64,000 nucleotides of DNA from Bacteroidaceae bacterium (lineage in GTDB: Bacteria > Bacteroidota > Bacteroidia > Bacteroidales > Bacteroidaceae): NCBI GenBank assembly GCA_024693505.1, contig JAILKU010000108.1:3115-67114 (forward strand), given 5' to 3'. Under the pieces are notes generated by a model. That model ran no database searches and had not been told where the DNA came from. It was given only the letters and a program-made list of their open reading frames with translations. The translations under genes and the position numbers were made by a program. Shown here in pieces: positions 62,307-64,000 of the stretch (position 1 is the stretch's first letter; each line of letters begins with the position of its first letter).

Positions 62307-62350
62307 GAATAACGGGCTCCTTGCGGGAATTTGACCGTAGGAAAATGAGC

Positions 62351-62419
62351 GAATTTCACGAATTCTGCGACAGAAAGAGGATTTCTCCTCCAAAATGATG
62401 TGGCAGATTCGTGAAATTT
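62351..62419. terminator. long imperfect inverted repeat with a nested hairpin between convergent genes
   Basis: AATTTCACGAATTCTGC (62352-62368) pairs with GCAGATTCGTGAAATT (62403-62418), with one bulge. Inner GAGGA/TCCTC hairpin at 62377-62390. Confidence 0.45.
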
Positions 62420-62458
62420 GCGTTGTTTAGGCCTACTCCCTATCTCGGGACCGCCTCC

Positions 62459-63241
62459 TTACCTTACTGTAATATGGAAACAGCCCTGTTTGACTTCGTG
62501 CTTGATGTAGCAGCGTCCTTCCCGTCGGACATCGCGCAAGACTTCGCTGAGCACCCATTTTAGCGTATCGTTCTGCACGGCTCGGCGCTGAGGACCGTCG
62601 GGCGGCGAAACGGTAGTGTATCGGTTGTAGCAGATGTCGAAAGTCGTGCCGAAGCGGTGGCAGCTCTGTTCACTGGCATTACCGTTCTGACGGAGCAGAC
62701 GGGCAACATCGTCCTCGGTACGCAAAACGCTGGAGACGATGATTTTATGCAGGGGGACCCCCTTGACGTATAGGCTGTCCAGAAAGTTGCGGCTGATGTC
62801 GTAGAGCAGGTCGCTGGCTCGCGGAATCAGGTAGGGAATACTGCTATGCATAGCCGGATCAATGTCATAAAAGGGGTTGCAGCCAATAAATACCAACTCG
62901 TCCTTGCGCTCTTCAGCCTGCTTTCGGTTCTTCACCGGTTTGACACCCCATTTCATAGCTGCTACAATCTGCACATCCTGAACATCGGGGAATGCCGCAT
63001 TGTAGGAATAGACGCTACGGATAGGGTGGTACTTCGGATTACTTCCCTTTGGCATAGAGACAGGAAGGTTGGCTTCCAGCTTTGCATCGGGTGCTTGCAT
63101 AGCAGGCTTGTGAACAGGAATCGAGTCCTTATCATTGGGGATGTTCTTCATTATCCCAGGATTGAGGGCTCGCACCACAGCAAGTGCAACTACTACGCCT
63201 CCACAAAGGCTCAAATATAACTTTTTCTTCAGTCTTCTCAT
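62459..63241 (-). CDS. DUF5715-like protein with a LAS/M15-type metallopeptidase signature
   Basis: 260 aa from ATG 63239-63241 (MRRLKKKLYLSLCGGVVVALAVV). SCHRFGTTFDICY resembles the SxHxxGxAxD motif of VanY/M15 peptidases. Confidence 0.6.
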   Translation of the reverse strand: MRRLKKKLYLSLCGGVVVALAVVRALNPGIMKNIPNDKDSIPVHKPAMQAPDAKLEANLPVSMPKGSNPKYHPIRSVYSYNAAFPDVQDVQIVAAMKWGVKPVKNRKQAEERKDELVFIGCNPFYDIDPAMHSSIPYLIPRASDLLYDISRNFLDSLYVKGVPLHKIIVSSVLRTEDDVARLLRQNGNASEQSCHRFGTTFDICYNRYTTVSPPDGPQRRAVQNDTLKWVLSEVLRDVRREGRCYIKHEVKQGCFHITVR

Positions 63242-63252
63242 ATTTTCGCGAA

Positions 63253-63260
63253 CAAAGTTA
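63253..63260 (-). promoter_or_regulatory. candidate -7 box (TAACTTTG on minus strand) for the DUF5715 gene
   Basis: The plus strand reads CAAAGTTA, 11 nt from ATG 63241. Confidence 0.35.
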
Positions 63261-63293
63261 AGCAAAATAGTGGAATAATTCAAATAGTTTGAG

Positions 63294-63301
63294 TAAATTT
63301 G
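63294..63301 (+). promoter_or_regulatory. candidate -7 box (TAAATTTG) for phoH
   Basis: TAAATTTG about 32 nt upstream of ATG 63334. Confidence 0.35.
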
Positions 63302-63333
63302 CAGCAAAAAAGGAGAAAGTCCACAAAAAACGG

Positions 63334-64000
63334 ATGTTAGAGAAGCATATTGTCATTGAAGATATAGACCCTGTTATCCTGTATGGCGTAAACAACACCA
63401 ACATTCAGATGGTGAAAGCGCTTTATCCTAAATTGCGCATTGTGGCGCGGGGAAATGTCATCCATGTGATGGGTGACGAACTGGAGATGAGTGCCTTCGA
63501 GGAGAACATCGGCAAGTTGCAGCAGCATTGCCTGAAGTACAACAGTCTGACAGAGGAGGACATCCTGCAAATCACCCGAGGCGAGAAGGTGCGGCGCGAT
63601 GGCGTGGAGGGTGTTATCGTCTATAGCGTGACAGGGAAGCCTATTACGGCTCGCAGCGAAAACCAACAGAAACTGGTAAAGGCATACGAAGAGAACGATA
63701 TGGTCTTTGCTGTAGGACCTGCGGGTTCTGGTAAGACCTACACCAGTATTGCATTGGCTGTCCGGGCCTTGAAGAACAAGGAGATACGCAAGATTATCCT
63801 GTCGCGTCCAGCTGTTGAGGCCGGTGAGAAGTTGGGTTTCCTGCCAGGCGATATGAAGGAGAAGATAGATCCCTACCTGCAGCCGCTCTACGACGCGCTG
63901 GAGGATATGATACCTGTTCAGCGGTTGCGTGAGATGATGGAACAGGATGTCATACAGATTGCTCCACTTGCCTTTATGCGCGGCCGTACCCTGAACGATG
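63334..64000 (+). CDS. phoH: PhoH family ATPase (3' end beyond the window)
   Basis: Absent from the ORF track because it runs off the window. Translation from ATG 63334 gives MLEKHIVIEDIDP...FAVGPAGSGKTYTSIALAV...LSRPAVEAGEKLGFLPGDMKEKIDPYLQPLYDAL...APLAFMRGRTLND. Confidence 0.9.
   Translation, partial: MLEKHIVIEDIDPVILYGVNNTNIQMVKALYPKLRIVARGNVIHVMGDELEMSAFEENIGKLQQHCLKYNSLTEEDILQITRGEKVRRDGVEGVIVYSVTGKPITARSENQQKLVKAYEENDMVFAVGPAGSGKTYTSIALAVRALKNKEIRKIILSRPAVEAGEKLGFLPGDMKEKIDPYLQPLYDALEDMIPVQRLREMMEQDVIQIAPLAFMRGRTLND

Overview
This 64-kb window looks like a chromosomal segment from a Bacteroidota genome, probably Bacteroidales and Prevotella-like. The taxon call is an inference from four things. 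TAnnTTTG -7 promoter boxes sit in front of most transcription units. Two proteins end in T9SS C-terminal sorting domains. Families typical of the phylum are present (DUF4105/Lnb-like, DUF1573, DUF4286, DUF5715). The housekeeping gene order fits Bacteroidales.

I support about 45 protein-coding genes. I recognised no rRNA, tRNA, CRISPR array, transposase or integrase.

The housekeeping backbone is:
- Ser-type sulfatase plus its radical-SAM maturase
- PFOR (nifJ), mtgA, an OmpA-family protein, proS
- the ppiD / CNNM(GldE-like) / lptC / OMP / coaX cluster
- Lnb-like gene plus an alkaline-phosphatase-family gene, secA, DedA, GT2
- lysA-lysC, ftsE, hisIE-F-A-H
- a TonB-dependent receptor, modF-like, ruvC, a COG0523 metallochaperone, phoH

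The most unusual part is a roughly 13.5-kb GC-rich accessory segment between proS and ppiD (15.5-29.1 kb).
- It carries a 1,973-aa T9SS-secreted multidomain surface protein, a nonsense-interrupted GH140-like gene, two paralogous fimbrillin-like lipoproteins, a frameshifted small exported protein and an LTA-synthase-family gene.
- It is bracketed and punctuated by three related arrays of 42-nt tandem repeats.

Other notable points:
- several further intergenic repeat families, including one that embeds the his-operon promoter and recurs inverted 7.4 kb away
- a strongly mosaic T9SS cargo gene, rising from 23% to 63% GC within one ORF
- a 53-aa insertion in SecA next to a helicase motif
- promoter boxes lying almost on top of start codons (near-leaderless transcripts)

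All coordinates, repeat units and GC values come from manual reading and spot counts. No database search or folding was run.
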